Of a stretch of DNA of 64,000 nt, positions 56,265 through 64,000 are shown one piece after another. Origin of the DNA: a virus. The notes below the pieces were generated by a model, which worked only from the letters and a program-made list of their open reading frames with translations, was not told where the DNA came from and did no database searches. Each line of letters begins with the position of its first letter. The stretch's first letter is position 1. The position numbers and the translations under genes were made by a program. Where the stretch lies: IMG/VR virus record IMGVR_UViG_3300042549_005813. One strand, written 5' to 3'.

Positions 56265-56777
56265 ATGAAGTTTTTATCAACTTTATTATTTTCTTTATCA
56301 TTATTGATTTTACCTTTAACATCCCAAGAACAAACAATTCCAATAGAAAGAGTGGTTTCACAGGATTTAAATAAACAATTACTTTGCATGGCCAAAAACA
56401 TCTACTATGAAGCCGCAAACGAATCTTTTGAAGGTAAATTAGCAGTAGCACAAGTTACAATGAATCGTGTGAATAGTCCATTTTATCCCAAAACAGTTTG
56501 TGAAGTGGTATATCAAAAAACGGGCCGCACATACCAATTCAGTTGGGTTGGTGAGAATGTTGGACCGGTTAGGAGCAAATATGCATGGGAAGAATGCCTA
56601 ATTGTCGCAAGGAAAGCCTTGACACAAACAAAATTACATGATAAAATATATGAAACCAATTCAATGTTCTATCATGCCACCTACGTTAATCCAGAATGGA
56701 AATTAAGGTACGTTGCAAAAATTGGAAATCATCTGTTCTATACGAAAGCTCAAAGTGCCAACAAAAACCGAAATTAA
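56265..56777 (+). CDS. cell wall hydrolase (SleB/Hydrolase_2)
   Basis: CMAKNIYYEA..E...GKLAVAQVTMNRV...QFSW...YHATYV.P.W...IGNHLFY. Confidence 0.9.
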   Translation: MKFLSTLLFSLSLLILPLTSQEQTIPIERVVSQDLNKQLLCMAKNIYYEAANESFEGKLAVAQVTMNRVNSPFYPKTVCEVVYQKTGRTYQFSWVGENVGPVRSKYAWEECLIVARKALTQTKLHDKIYETNSMFYHATYVNPEWKLRYVAKIGNHLFYTKAQSANKNRN

Positions 56778-56976
56778 TGAATTTAGTGAAATGATTAGTA
56801 AAAGCGTCAGTGAATTGGGTGGTACCCATATGGATGCAATCATACATCATTGTGAACAAACAGGTATGGAAGTCGATGTGGCTTCTTCTTTAGTCTCTAG
56901 TGCATTGAAAGCAAAGATTAGAGAAGAAGCACAAGACCTAAACCTATTGAAGAAAAGTTCTAAATTGCCCCTATGA
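56755..56976 (+). CDS. 33: late transcription coactivator gp33
   Basis: FS..I......HMDAI...CE....E......S..LK.KI..EA..LNLL; position upstream of genes 59 and 32. Confidence 0.8.
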   Translation: MPTKTEINEFSEMISKSVSELGGTHMDAIIHHCEQTGMEVDVASSLVSSALKAKIREEAQDLNLLKKSSKLPL

Positions 56977-57581
56977 CCGAAACGACAGGATTTGAAGCGT
57001 ATGCCCTATATCAAAGCATTAAACTTCATTTTACTTCTGATTCTTACGATTTTTTTCGTTACAACGGAAAGACCAACGTATCAAAGGACAACTTTGCAAA
57101 CAATAAAGCCAAGTATTCTTTTTACAAGTTATCACGGAAGTACAACATAGATGAATTACGTACTTTTTATATTGCTAATTTCCTAGAAACCAATGTGAAT
57201 TGGGTAGGAGATATATGTGGTATTGAAGGTGAAGAAAACTACAAGAAATGGCAAAAAAGAAACCAGAGCTTGACATACCGATTCGAACAAGATATAATAG
57301 GTCTATTCACAGCAACACAATCACCTAATGAAATGTTGGTAGTTGTAGATGGACAATATCCATTGCTGTTGAGAGAGATGACTTATGGCAACATTAACAT
57401 TGAGACGGTGTGTATACTTAATGACATTATGAATTTCTTACCAATGTGGAACAAAAAAATAACAGATGATGTTATTTGGCCTACATTAAAAAGAAAAATT
57501 GAAAAGTACACACCGTTTCTTGTTTATGATAAAGATAAGTTTAAGACAATTTTAAAAGAAAGTTTGAGAGAACATGCCTAA
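56973..57581 (+). CDS. 59: helicase loader gp59
   Basis: AYALYQSIKLHFT...YDFFRYNGK; T4 synteny 33-59-32. Confidence 0.85.
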   Translation: MTETTGFEAYALYQSIKLHFTSDSYDFFRYNGKTNVSKDNFANNKAKYSFYKLSRKYNIDELRTFYIANFLETNVNWVGDICGIEGEENYKKWQKRNQSLTYRFEQDIIGLFTATQSPNEMLVVVDGQYPLLLREMTYGNINIETVCILNDIMNFLPMWNKKITDDVIWPTLKRKIEKYTPFLVYDKDKFKTILKESLREHA

Positions 57582-58068
57582 AATTAATTGCATCTACTTG
57601 GATATGGATGGCGTTATTGCCGACTTTGAAAAGAGATACGTTGAGTTATTTAAAGTTCAACCTAGTTCAACCAGAGAATATAAAGAATTCAATAAATTTT
57701 TTGATAAGTTTATTGCTGATGGTCACTTTGAAACACTTGAACTAATGCCAGATGCAATGGATTTGGTACGTGCATTACGTAATGCATTACCACCTACTCA
57801 AATTCTGTCCTCCACAGCAAGTGAGAAAAGACACAAAGCAATCTCTGAACAAAAGATTAAATGGTTGGAAACGCAGGGTATTGACTTCCAACGTAACTTG
57901 GTTCCAGGTAAAGAACTAAAGAAAATATACGCAAGAACAGATACGTTAATCATTGATGATACAGAGAGTGTTATTAATGATTGGCGTGCTGCAGGTGGTG
58001 TGGCAATCTTACATAAAAATGTTGCCGATACCTTGGTACAGTTGAAGTTTATACTTGACGATGCCTAA
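57574..58068 (+). CDS. HAD-family 5'(3')-deoxyribonucleotidase
   Basis: YLDMDGVIADF; LIIDD...W..AGG. Confidence 0.8.
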   Translation: MPKINCIYLDMDGVIADFEKRYVELFKVQPSSTREYKEFNKFFDKFIADGHFETLELMPDAMDLVRALRNALPPTQILSSTASEKRHKAISEQKIKWLETQGIDFQRNLVPGKELKKIYARTDTLIIDDTESVINDWRAAGGVAILHKNVADTLVQLKFILDDA

Positions 58069-58131
58069 ATAATATGATATAATGAACTATGTGGACAATC
58101 CGTTTATACTCCGTTAATATTCCGTTTATAC
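58055..58131 (+). promoter_or_regulatory. gene 32 promoter and 11-nt triple-repeat leader
   Basis: TTGACG-17-TATAAT; TCCGTTTATAC/TCCGTTAATAT/TCCGTTTATAC directly before the RBS. Confidence 0.65.
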
Positions 58132-58145
58132 TAGAAAGGTAAATC

Positions 58146-59027
58146 ATGGTAGATTTTTCAAATCTTAAAAAAAGTTCAGGCAATCTGGACACATTGAAAG
58201 CAAAAGTGGCAGAGCTCAACGCCTCCACTGAAGGTAAATCCGATAAAGAAAACTTTTGGCGACCAGAAGTAGACAAAGCTGGCAACGGCATGGCTACGAT
58301 TCGTTTTCTACCCGCAGCAGCAGTTGATGGTGAAGATGGTCTTCCTTGGGCTAAGATTTTCGAACATGGATTTCAAGGTCCTGGTGGTTGGTTAATCGAC
58401 AAGTGTTTAACAACCAAGAACCAACAATGTCCTGTATGTGAACACAACAACAAATTGTGGAACTCAGGCATTGAAGCGAACAAAGACATTGTTCGTAAAC
58501 AAAAACGCAAACTAAGTTACATTGCTAACGTTTATATCATCTCTGATCCTAAGCATCCAGAGAACGAAGGACAAGTTAAATTGTTCAAGTTCGGTGCCAA
58601 GATTTTTGAGAAGGTTACAGGTGCAATGAATCCTGCATTTGAAGATGAAACACCAATCAATCCGTTTGATTTGTGGAAGGGTGCTAACTTTAAGTTACGT
58701 ATCACTAAAGTTGCGGGTTATCAAAACTATGATAAGTCCGAATTCACATCACCATCTGCATTGTTGGATGACGATGAGAAGTTGGAGAAAATTTGGAAGT
58801 CACAATTCTCATTGACTGAGTTGACGGCTGACAAAGAATTCAAGTCTTATGATATGTTGAAAACACGTTTGGATAAAGTACTTGGTTTGAATGATGAAGG
58901 TGATGCTCCACGAGCACGTACCACAGTTGAACAAGCTAAGGCTGCACCAAAGAAGCCAGTTGAAGTTGATATCGCAGCTACTGATGATGACGATATGGAA
59001 TACTTTGCCAAGTTGGCTGAAGATTAA
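58146..59027 (+). CDS. 32: single-stranded DNA-binding protein gp32
   Basis: FW...DKAGNG.A.IRFLP, HGF, CLTT...CPVC, NPFD.W.GANFKL, NYDKSEF; acidic tail. Confidence 0.96.
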   Translation: MVDFSNLKKSSGNLDTLKAKVAELNASTEGKSDKENFWRPEVDKAGNGMATIRFLPAAAVDGEDGLPWAKIFEHGFQGPGGWLIDKCLTTKNQQCPVCEHNNKLWNSGIEANKDIVRKQKRKLSYIANVYIISDPKHPENEGQVKLFKFGAKIFEKVTGAMNPAFEDETPINPFDLWKGANFKLRITKVAGYQNYDKSEFTSPSALLDDDEKLEKIWKSQFSLTELTADKEFKSYDMLKTRLDKVLGLNDEGDAPRARTTVEQAKAAPKKPVEVDIAATDDDDMEYFAKLAED

Positions 59028-59047
59028 ACGATTCTCTGACCGTTTAG

Positions 59048-59070
59048 ACCCCGCTTCGGCGGGGTTTTTT
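59048..59070 (+). terminator. Rho-independent terminator with UUCG loop at convergence point
   Basis: ACCCCGC-TTCG-GCGGGGT followed by a T run. Confidence 0.9.
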
Positions 59071-59072
59071 GT

Positions 59073-60512
59073 TTATACAACCCTTGTGGAAGCAATAATC
59101 AATTGCATGAACGTTGGTTCATCATTACGCACAGATATTTGACTAGGTCTTAATCCAGTTCTTTCCTGCTTCTGTGAGAGATTGTTTACTGTCTTGTTAA
59201 TGATAGGTTTCATATCATTTGATGCGGCAGGTTTAGGTAAATTCAAATCAGAATTGGTATTTGATAGTGGTGAAACAGGTGCAGACTTTGGTATCGCAGG
59301 TACAGGTACTGGTTTAGTTTGTACAGGCGAGGGTATTAATCTACCTTCAGCATCAAATTCCATATTTGCTGGTGCTTGTGGTACGACAGCAGGTTTTACT
59401 GGCATTGTAACAGGTGAAGATTGATACTTATTTGGTGGCAAAGGTATCAAATTACCTTCAGGATCAAACATCATATCTTCTGGTGCTTCTGGTTCCACTC
59501 TTGTTGCAGTTCCTTGTTCTTTCTTTTTTAGATACTCGGTTTCGTTTTTTATTCTCGCAGCTCTCGCTTCAAGTACTGCACTTGGTGAAAGTATATCACC
59601 GGCTTGTTCTATAGCTCTTGCAATACTGGATTCAAACTTTTCAGCTGCATCCATTTTATTCCAGTTTTCTTCATCTTGTTTCTCATCAATTACAATATCA
59701 GTTCCGTCTGCATTTTTTCCAACACCAAGATACTCACGAGCAAGATAATCAGCGCCAAGAATAGCTGTTCCAACCACGGCGGCCGCCGCAACAATTGGTA
59801 ACATACGTAAACCAAATTTACCAGCCGACAAAAGGCCTTTAGAAATTGGCATGCCTATTCTTTTTGCCATATCAAACATGAATTTTCGCATTTCACCCAT
59901 CATCTCAGCCAAACCCTTGATATTATCCCATATGTTGCCAAACATTGAAGTTTTTTCCATTGGTTCAGCAGTCATCTTACCACCAGAATTAATATGTTTC
60001 ATTAACTTCTGTAGTGTATCAATCAATTCTTTATGGCGTTTACCTTTTTCCAAGGCAATTTCTTCCTCAGAATTTTTTGCTAATTGTTTTAACTTAATAT
60101 CTTCTTCACGATTATTTTGTAGGAAAGAAAATATTTTTGCTAATTGTTGATTGATGCCTTCTGAATCACCGTCACCACCAACTTTCTTTAATCTATCTGC
60201 GGTGTTTCTGGTGCCAACAACACTTTTAGTACGGCCAGTAAAATAGTCAATATCTTTTTGATTACGACCAGTCATTTTACCAAACAAAGCGGGACCAAAT
60301 CTGGATCCCATAGTCATAAATCTTACGATATTCAAAGGATCAAATTTCTCTTTGATGCCTTTAATTCTAGCCTGAGCTTTCATTGAAATGGTTTTACCAA
60401 CAGCACCAAGTACACTTCTATCACTTTGTGCTAGTTGGTCAAGCAATATGTCGGAAAATTTTGCTTTTCTGACACTTCTAGCCTGTTGATAATTTAGTTT
60501 ATTATCTGCCAT
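59073..60512 (-). CDS. baseplate hub/tape-measure-like (gp29-like) protein
   Basis: Long helical protein with a central hydrophobic segment, downstream of gp51; position-based. Confidence 0.45.
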   Translation of the reverse strand: MADNKLNYQQARSVRKAKFSDILLDQLAQSDRSVLGAVGKTISMKAQARIKGIKEKFDPLNIVRFMTMGSRFGPALFGKMTGRNQKDIDYFTGRTKSVVGTRNTADRLKKVGGDGDSEGINQQLAKIFSFLQNNREEDIKLKQLAKNSEEEIALEKGKRHKELIDTLQKLMKHINSGGKMTAEPMEKTSMFGNIWDNIKGLAEMMGEMRKFMFDMAKRIGMPISKGLLSAGKFGLRMLPIVAAAAVVGTAILGADYLAREYLGVGKNADGTDIVIDEKQDEENWNKMDAAEKFESSIARAIEQAGDILSPSAVLEARAARIKNETEYLKKKEQGTATRVEPEAPEDMMFDPEGNLIPLPPNKYQSSPVTMPVKPAVVPQAPANMEFDAEGRLIPSPVQTKPVPVPAIPKSAPVSPLSNTNSDLNLPKPAASNDMKPIINKTVNNLSQKQERTGLRPSQISVRNDEPTFMQLIIASTRVV

Positions 60513-60515
60513 TTT

Positions 60516-62252
60516 TTACTTTCTTTGGTGTGCTGGTCTATCATCAACCTTTGGTGTATTTGATGATTCGGTTGTGTTGTTTACGTTAGTTGTATTTTGT
60601 TGTATGTTTATCGGTGCAGGAGTATCCTGTTTCTTCATATCTATATTTTGTCTAGAGGACTGATCCACATATGTGCCTGAATTTGCGTTTGAATTAACCT
60701 GTTTAGGTTTTTCTTCAGTTTTAGTAACTTCTTGAGTTTTAGAAAGACTTAATGCCAGTTGTTTTCTTTTTTCAATTCTACCAACCAAACCTGGTTTATT
60801 TTTAGGATTAGTTTGTAAATAAGTTTTAAAATCTTTTTCTATATTATTCAAATCAATTTCTGTCATCTTATCTATAAATTCTTCGGCTGTTGAAACCGAT
60901 TTCACTTTTTGAAGAGCAGATTTTAAGCCTTGGCCTCCATATTGATTTCTTCTATCTGTCATATAGAGTATAACTCTAGGATCAGAAACTATTGCTATTG
61001 GAAATCCAGATAGGTCTTTCAGAGCAGGTTTAGCAACATGTCGGTCATACCAAGCCAATTGAGCATCCAAGAGTTCTTTAGGTCTTGTGTTGGCAATATT
61101 TGTCCATTCATTATCAAATTGTTTAGATGCTATAGTTGATTTAAAACCGAATTGACGATTTTCTTTAACGAAACTACCTATGGAAGATTCGTTAACATTT
61201 TTTCCTCCTGAATTTAAACCAAAAACTCCATAAGATTTAATTCCAGCTTTAGGGTCATTATCTACTATTTGACCTACTTTTTTAATAGCTTGTGAAGCAT
61301 CAGAACCTGTTTCAAGCTTGATAGAAGCCGCTGCGGCCGCAGACATACCAGCAACACTTGCGGTACCAGTAGCAACCTTTACAGCAGTTTCGGTTGCTGA
61401 AGGTTTTGCAGCTGCAGGAGGTTTCTGAGTTGCAGTAGAAGGTTTAACCGGTTCTGCATCTTTCTTTAATTTTTCAGATTTAGCTTTCTCCGCAGCCTCA
61501 CGTTTTAATTTTTCTTGTTCCTCTTTCTTTAATTTTTCTGCTGTTTCTTTCTTAGCCTTTTCTTCAGCAGCTTTCTTAGCCTTTTCTTCAGCAGCTTTCT
61601 TAACCTTTTCCTCAGCTTCTTTTTTGGCTTTGGTTTCAGCAGCTTTTTTGGCTGCCTCTTGAGCATCTTTTTTAGCCTTTTCTTCAGCAGCTTTTTTAAC
61701 TCCGTCATCAACTTCTCTTTTGGCTTTTTCAACTGGTTTTTCAGCTGGTTTAGCTGGCTCTGCTGGTTTCTTTGCAGGTTCAGCTGGTTTAGATGGCTCT
61801 GCTGGTTTCTTAGGTGTTTCACCAGTTTTCTTAGGCGGTTCACCAGTTTTCTTAGGCGGTTCTTTGGCCTTTTCTTCTGCCTTCTTCTCACGGCGTATAA
61901 CTGCTTTAGGTTTCGGTCTTCTACGTATAGTCAAGGCCTTGACTATTTCAGAGTGTCTTTTTTGTTCCTCAGAATCTTCTTCCTCTCTAAAGTTAACCTG
62001 TTGTTCACGTTCTAATTTTATATCAACACTGTTTTGCACCATCAATTTATAAATTTCACCGAGATATTCGGCGTTAGACATTGAATCGGTGTCAGTTATC
62101 TTTTCTGTTGAACCAAATTTTTTGTGCAGAATATCACCAATTTTATTGACAGACCTTTTTAAAAATCCAGCCGATTGTTTAGTTTTTTCAGACGCAACAG
62201 GACTTGACGATTTATCGCCTGTACCTTCTTTTTTATTTCCGAATAACTTCAT
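60516..62252 (-). CDS. baseplate hub/tail-associated protein with K/A/E/P repeats and putative C-terminal muramidase-like domain
   Basis: KKPAEP and KKAAEEKA repeats; SIKLETG...D...SYGVFGLNS lysozyme-like motif. Confidence 0.5.
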   Translation of the reverse strand: MKLFGNKKEGTGDKSSSPVASEKTKQSAGFLKRSVNKIGDILHKKFGSTEKITDTDSMSNAEYLGEIYKLMVQNSVDIKLEREQQVNFREEEDSEEQKRHSEIVKALTIRRRPKPKAVIRREKKAEEKAKEPPKKTGEPPKKTGETPKKPAEPSKPAEPAKKPAEPAKPAEKPVEKAKREVDDGVKKAAEEKAKKDAQEAAKKAAETKAKKEAEEKVKKAAEEKAKKAAEEKAKKETAEKLKKEEQEKLKREAAEKAKSEKLKKDAEPVKPSTATQKPPAAAKPSATETAVKVATGTASVAGMSAAAAASIKLETGSDASQAIKKVGQIVDNDPKAGIKSYGVFGLNSGGKNVNESSIGSFVKENRQFGFKSTIASKQFDNEWTNIANTRPKELLDAQLAWYDRHVAKPALKDLSGFPIAIVSDPRVILYMTDRRNQYGGQGLKSALQKVKSVSTAEEFIDKMTEIDLNNIEKDFKTYLQTNPKNKPGLVGRIEKRKQLALSLSKTQEVTKTEEKPKQVNSNANSGTYVDQSSRQNIDMKKQDTPAPINIQQNTTNVNNTTESSNTPKVDDRPAHQRK

Positions 62253-62440
62253 TTATTTCTTTGTCGTTCTTTTAGTTTTTGGTTTTCTTCTTCCAAATAT
62301 TGAATCAACATGGCGACATAGATATCTCGTTCCCAAGGTATCATATTTTCAAGTTCGGTAAGACTATACTTATGGTGTTGCATCAAAGAAAAGTTAGTCT
62401 TGTAGTAATTTTTTAAATCATCATAACAAAGTATTAGCCG
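62249..62440 (-). CDS. 51: baseplate hub assembly catalyst gp51-like
   Basis: NYYKTNFSLMQHHKYSLTELENMIPWERDIY; start uncertain (see frameshift finding). Confidence 0.75.
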   Translation of the reverse strand, partial: RLILCYDDLKNYYKTNFSLMQHHKYSLTELENMIPWERDIYVAMLIQYLEEENQKLKERQRNK

Positions 62441-63159
62441 AAAAAACTTTCGAGCCCTTCCACATCCAAGTGGTGTTCGAAACCACATTTGGAACAAGTC
62501 ATATCAATTTTCTTAGATAGTTTAGGAATACTATTAAAAAACTTTTCCAGTTTTTCAAACTGTTCTTGGTTGAGTTGTTCAATAAAATCAACCAATTCTT
62601 CTACCGAAGATTCTTTCGCATAATGAAATTGTTCACCATCATAAACATATTCAATTGACTGTGCCAACATATTGAAGGTAACTTCTGTGATGTTATCCAT
62701 ATCAATAGAATCTTTGACCAGTTTGAATGGTGGATATTTCATCTTGATGGTGATTGTGTCCGTCAATTTAATTTCTGGATCCACATATTCTTCTTGTACT
62801 GGTTGTATCTCAGTCAAATCAATCTTGGCTTCCATGATGTTGCCACAGACTTTATCATCGACTTCATTGTTACAACGGTATTTTGATTCGGAGATTTCAC
62901 TGACTGATTTTGCTCTCAACTGTAGAAAATAATATTCAATATCTACAATCGGCAATTCATCAATGTCCACATCTTTAGACAAAGTACATACAGTCAAAAT
63001 TTCTCTGACATTATGTTGAATTGTTTTTGCATCAGAAGATTCCAGGGCCATCATCAAGGCCTTTTGTTCTTTGACTAGATACGGTCTATATTTAATTTTC
63101 TTTTTAGAAAGTGGTAATTCCAGTTCATATGTTGGCACTTCAAGTTTTGGTAAAGCCAT
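62434..63159 (-). CDS. 26: baseplate hub subunit gp26-like
   Basis: MALPK...IKYRPYLVKEQK.L, DIEY.FLQLRAKSV.E, MKYP, FF..IPKL, C..CG, EGLESFF. Confidence 0.85.
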   Translation of the reverse strand: MALPKLEVPTYELELPLSKKKIKYRPYLVKEQKALMMALESSDAKTIQHNVREILTVCTLSKDVDIDELPIVDIEYYFLQLRAKSVSEISESKYRCNNEVDDKVCGNIMEAKIDLTEIQPVQEEYVDPEIKLTDTITIKMKYPPFKLVKDSIDMDNITEVTFNMLAQSIEYVYDGEQFHYAKESSVEELVDFIEQLNQEQFEKLEKFFNSIPKLSKKIDMTCSKCGFEHHLDVEGLESFFG

Positions 63160-63173
63160 AATAACTCCTTAGT

Positions 63174-63845
63174 TCATTCATTAAAATTTATTGGTGATGA
63201 TATTGAATCTGCTATGCCACTAAATCCACTTGAAACAGCATTTCCAATAGAACCACCTAATCCACCCATTCCACTTGCAATAGAATCCAAACCTGCATCC
63301 AAAAGGTCCATACCCAAAGCTTGTAGAGACAAATTTTTCCAGTATGTGTATGCAAATGTTACTGTCAGTTTATGATACCCATCTCCGTTCCAATCTAAAT
63401 CCAATTGATTCATAGAAATTGGATATGCATCCATCAAACTGACGGCATATGTTTTTTCATTTGAAACGTTGTATTGATTGATTGTCAAAGTTGTTGCATA
63501 ATTTTCTTTGTAACGCATATTGTAATTGTATGTTGGATTGATGTAATTCAACCAACCATCAAAAAGCAATCTCTGTTGCATATCATCATCAACAATGAAT
63601 GTCAAATCAATATCATTGTATGTTGTGAGATATGGATGTTTTTCTATTGGACCATAAGTCTTTTGATCCGTTGTTGCAAATGTTCTTCCTGGCAATGTGG
63701 CCACTTCACATCTGTAATTTAGTCTACGTGCAGACTTTATATATGGTACCAAAGTTAATGGTAGAGGTATTTCAACATCGAACCTACTGGTTCTAGCCAA
63801 ATCACCAGAAAAACTTGATTTAAAATCGTTGAGTGTGCGTGCCAT
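63174..63845 (-). CDS. 54: baseplate/tail tube initiator gp54-like
   Basis: LARTSRF, CE.A.LPG, tube-fold AYPI....L.W......L.VTFAY..W. Confidence 0.7.
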   Translation of the reverse strand: MARTLNDFKSSFSGDLARTSRFDVEIPLPLTLVPYIKSARRLNYRCEVATLPGRTFATTDQKTYGPIEKHPYLTTYNDIDLTFIVDDDMQQRLLFDGWLNYINPTYNYNMRYKENYATTLTINQYNVSNEKTYAVSLMDAYPISMNQLDLDWNGDGYHKLTVTFAYTYWKNLSLQALGMDLLDAGLDSIASGMGGLGGSIGNAVSSGFSGIADSISSPINFNE

Positions 63846-64000
63846 TTAAGAATTCCTTATTTCTTGGACCGAATCTTTCCAGACTTCTTGTGGTTTTGCC
63901 TTTTTGAACTGTTGAATTGGTAAATATGTTGCAATATCCCATTCATTAGGTTCTACAGCCAGAATTCTGGATTTTATATGACTGTATAGGTAGTGTTTGA
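63846..64000 (-). CDS. 2: DNA end protector gp2 (C-terminal part; truncated by window)
   Basis: KHYLYSHIKSRILAVEPNEWDIATYLPIQQFKKA...VWKDS. Confidence 0.75.
   Translation of the reverse strand, partial: KHYLYSHIKSRILAVEPNEWDIATYLPIQQFKKAKPQEVWKDSVQEIRNS

Noticed and set aside
61529-62052. Alternative-frame and antisense ORFs in the repeat region
   Set aside because: Artefacts of low-complexity repeats lacking stop codons.

Overview
A 64-kb segment of an AT-rich T4-like (Tevenvirinae-related) myophage genome. The host is Gram-negative and probably a Betaproteobacterium, judged from the spanins, IscU/ErpA, the tmRNA tag ANDSQFALAA and sigma70 promoters. Gene order: head-internal proteins and a lysis cassette (spanins, GH19 endolysin, SNase, membrane proteins); iscU/erpA; primase, thyX, nrdA/trx/nrdB, rnh; a long early/accessory region of small ORFs driven by TTGCCA-N16/17-TATAAT promoters (GP88, HNH, rIIA/rIIB, AAA and MoxR/VWA proteins); phoH; a modification cluster; an exonuclease; a permuted two-piece tmRNA; a porin-like gene; gp33, gp59, gp32; then, on the minus strand, baseplate/tail genes (hub, gp51, gp26, gp54, gp2). 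The most striking system is a RiPP-like post-translational modification cluster at 46.3-53.7 kb. It contains a radical SAM/SPASM enzyme, an Asn-Cys-repeat substrate protein, four Fe(II)/2OG oxygenases including an Asp/Asn beta-hydroxylase (a fifth lies at 54.7 kb) and a B12-type radical SAM, all behind late-promoter-like motifs. Other notable items are the permuted tmRNA, five tandem DnaA boxes, a likely gp26-gp51 -1 frameshift, T4-type capsid-targeting signals and recurrent operator and boundary motifs. All assignments come from motif recognition by eye; no database searches were run.
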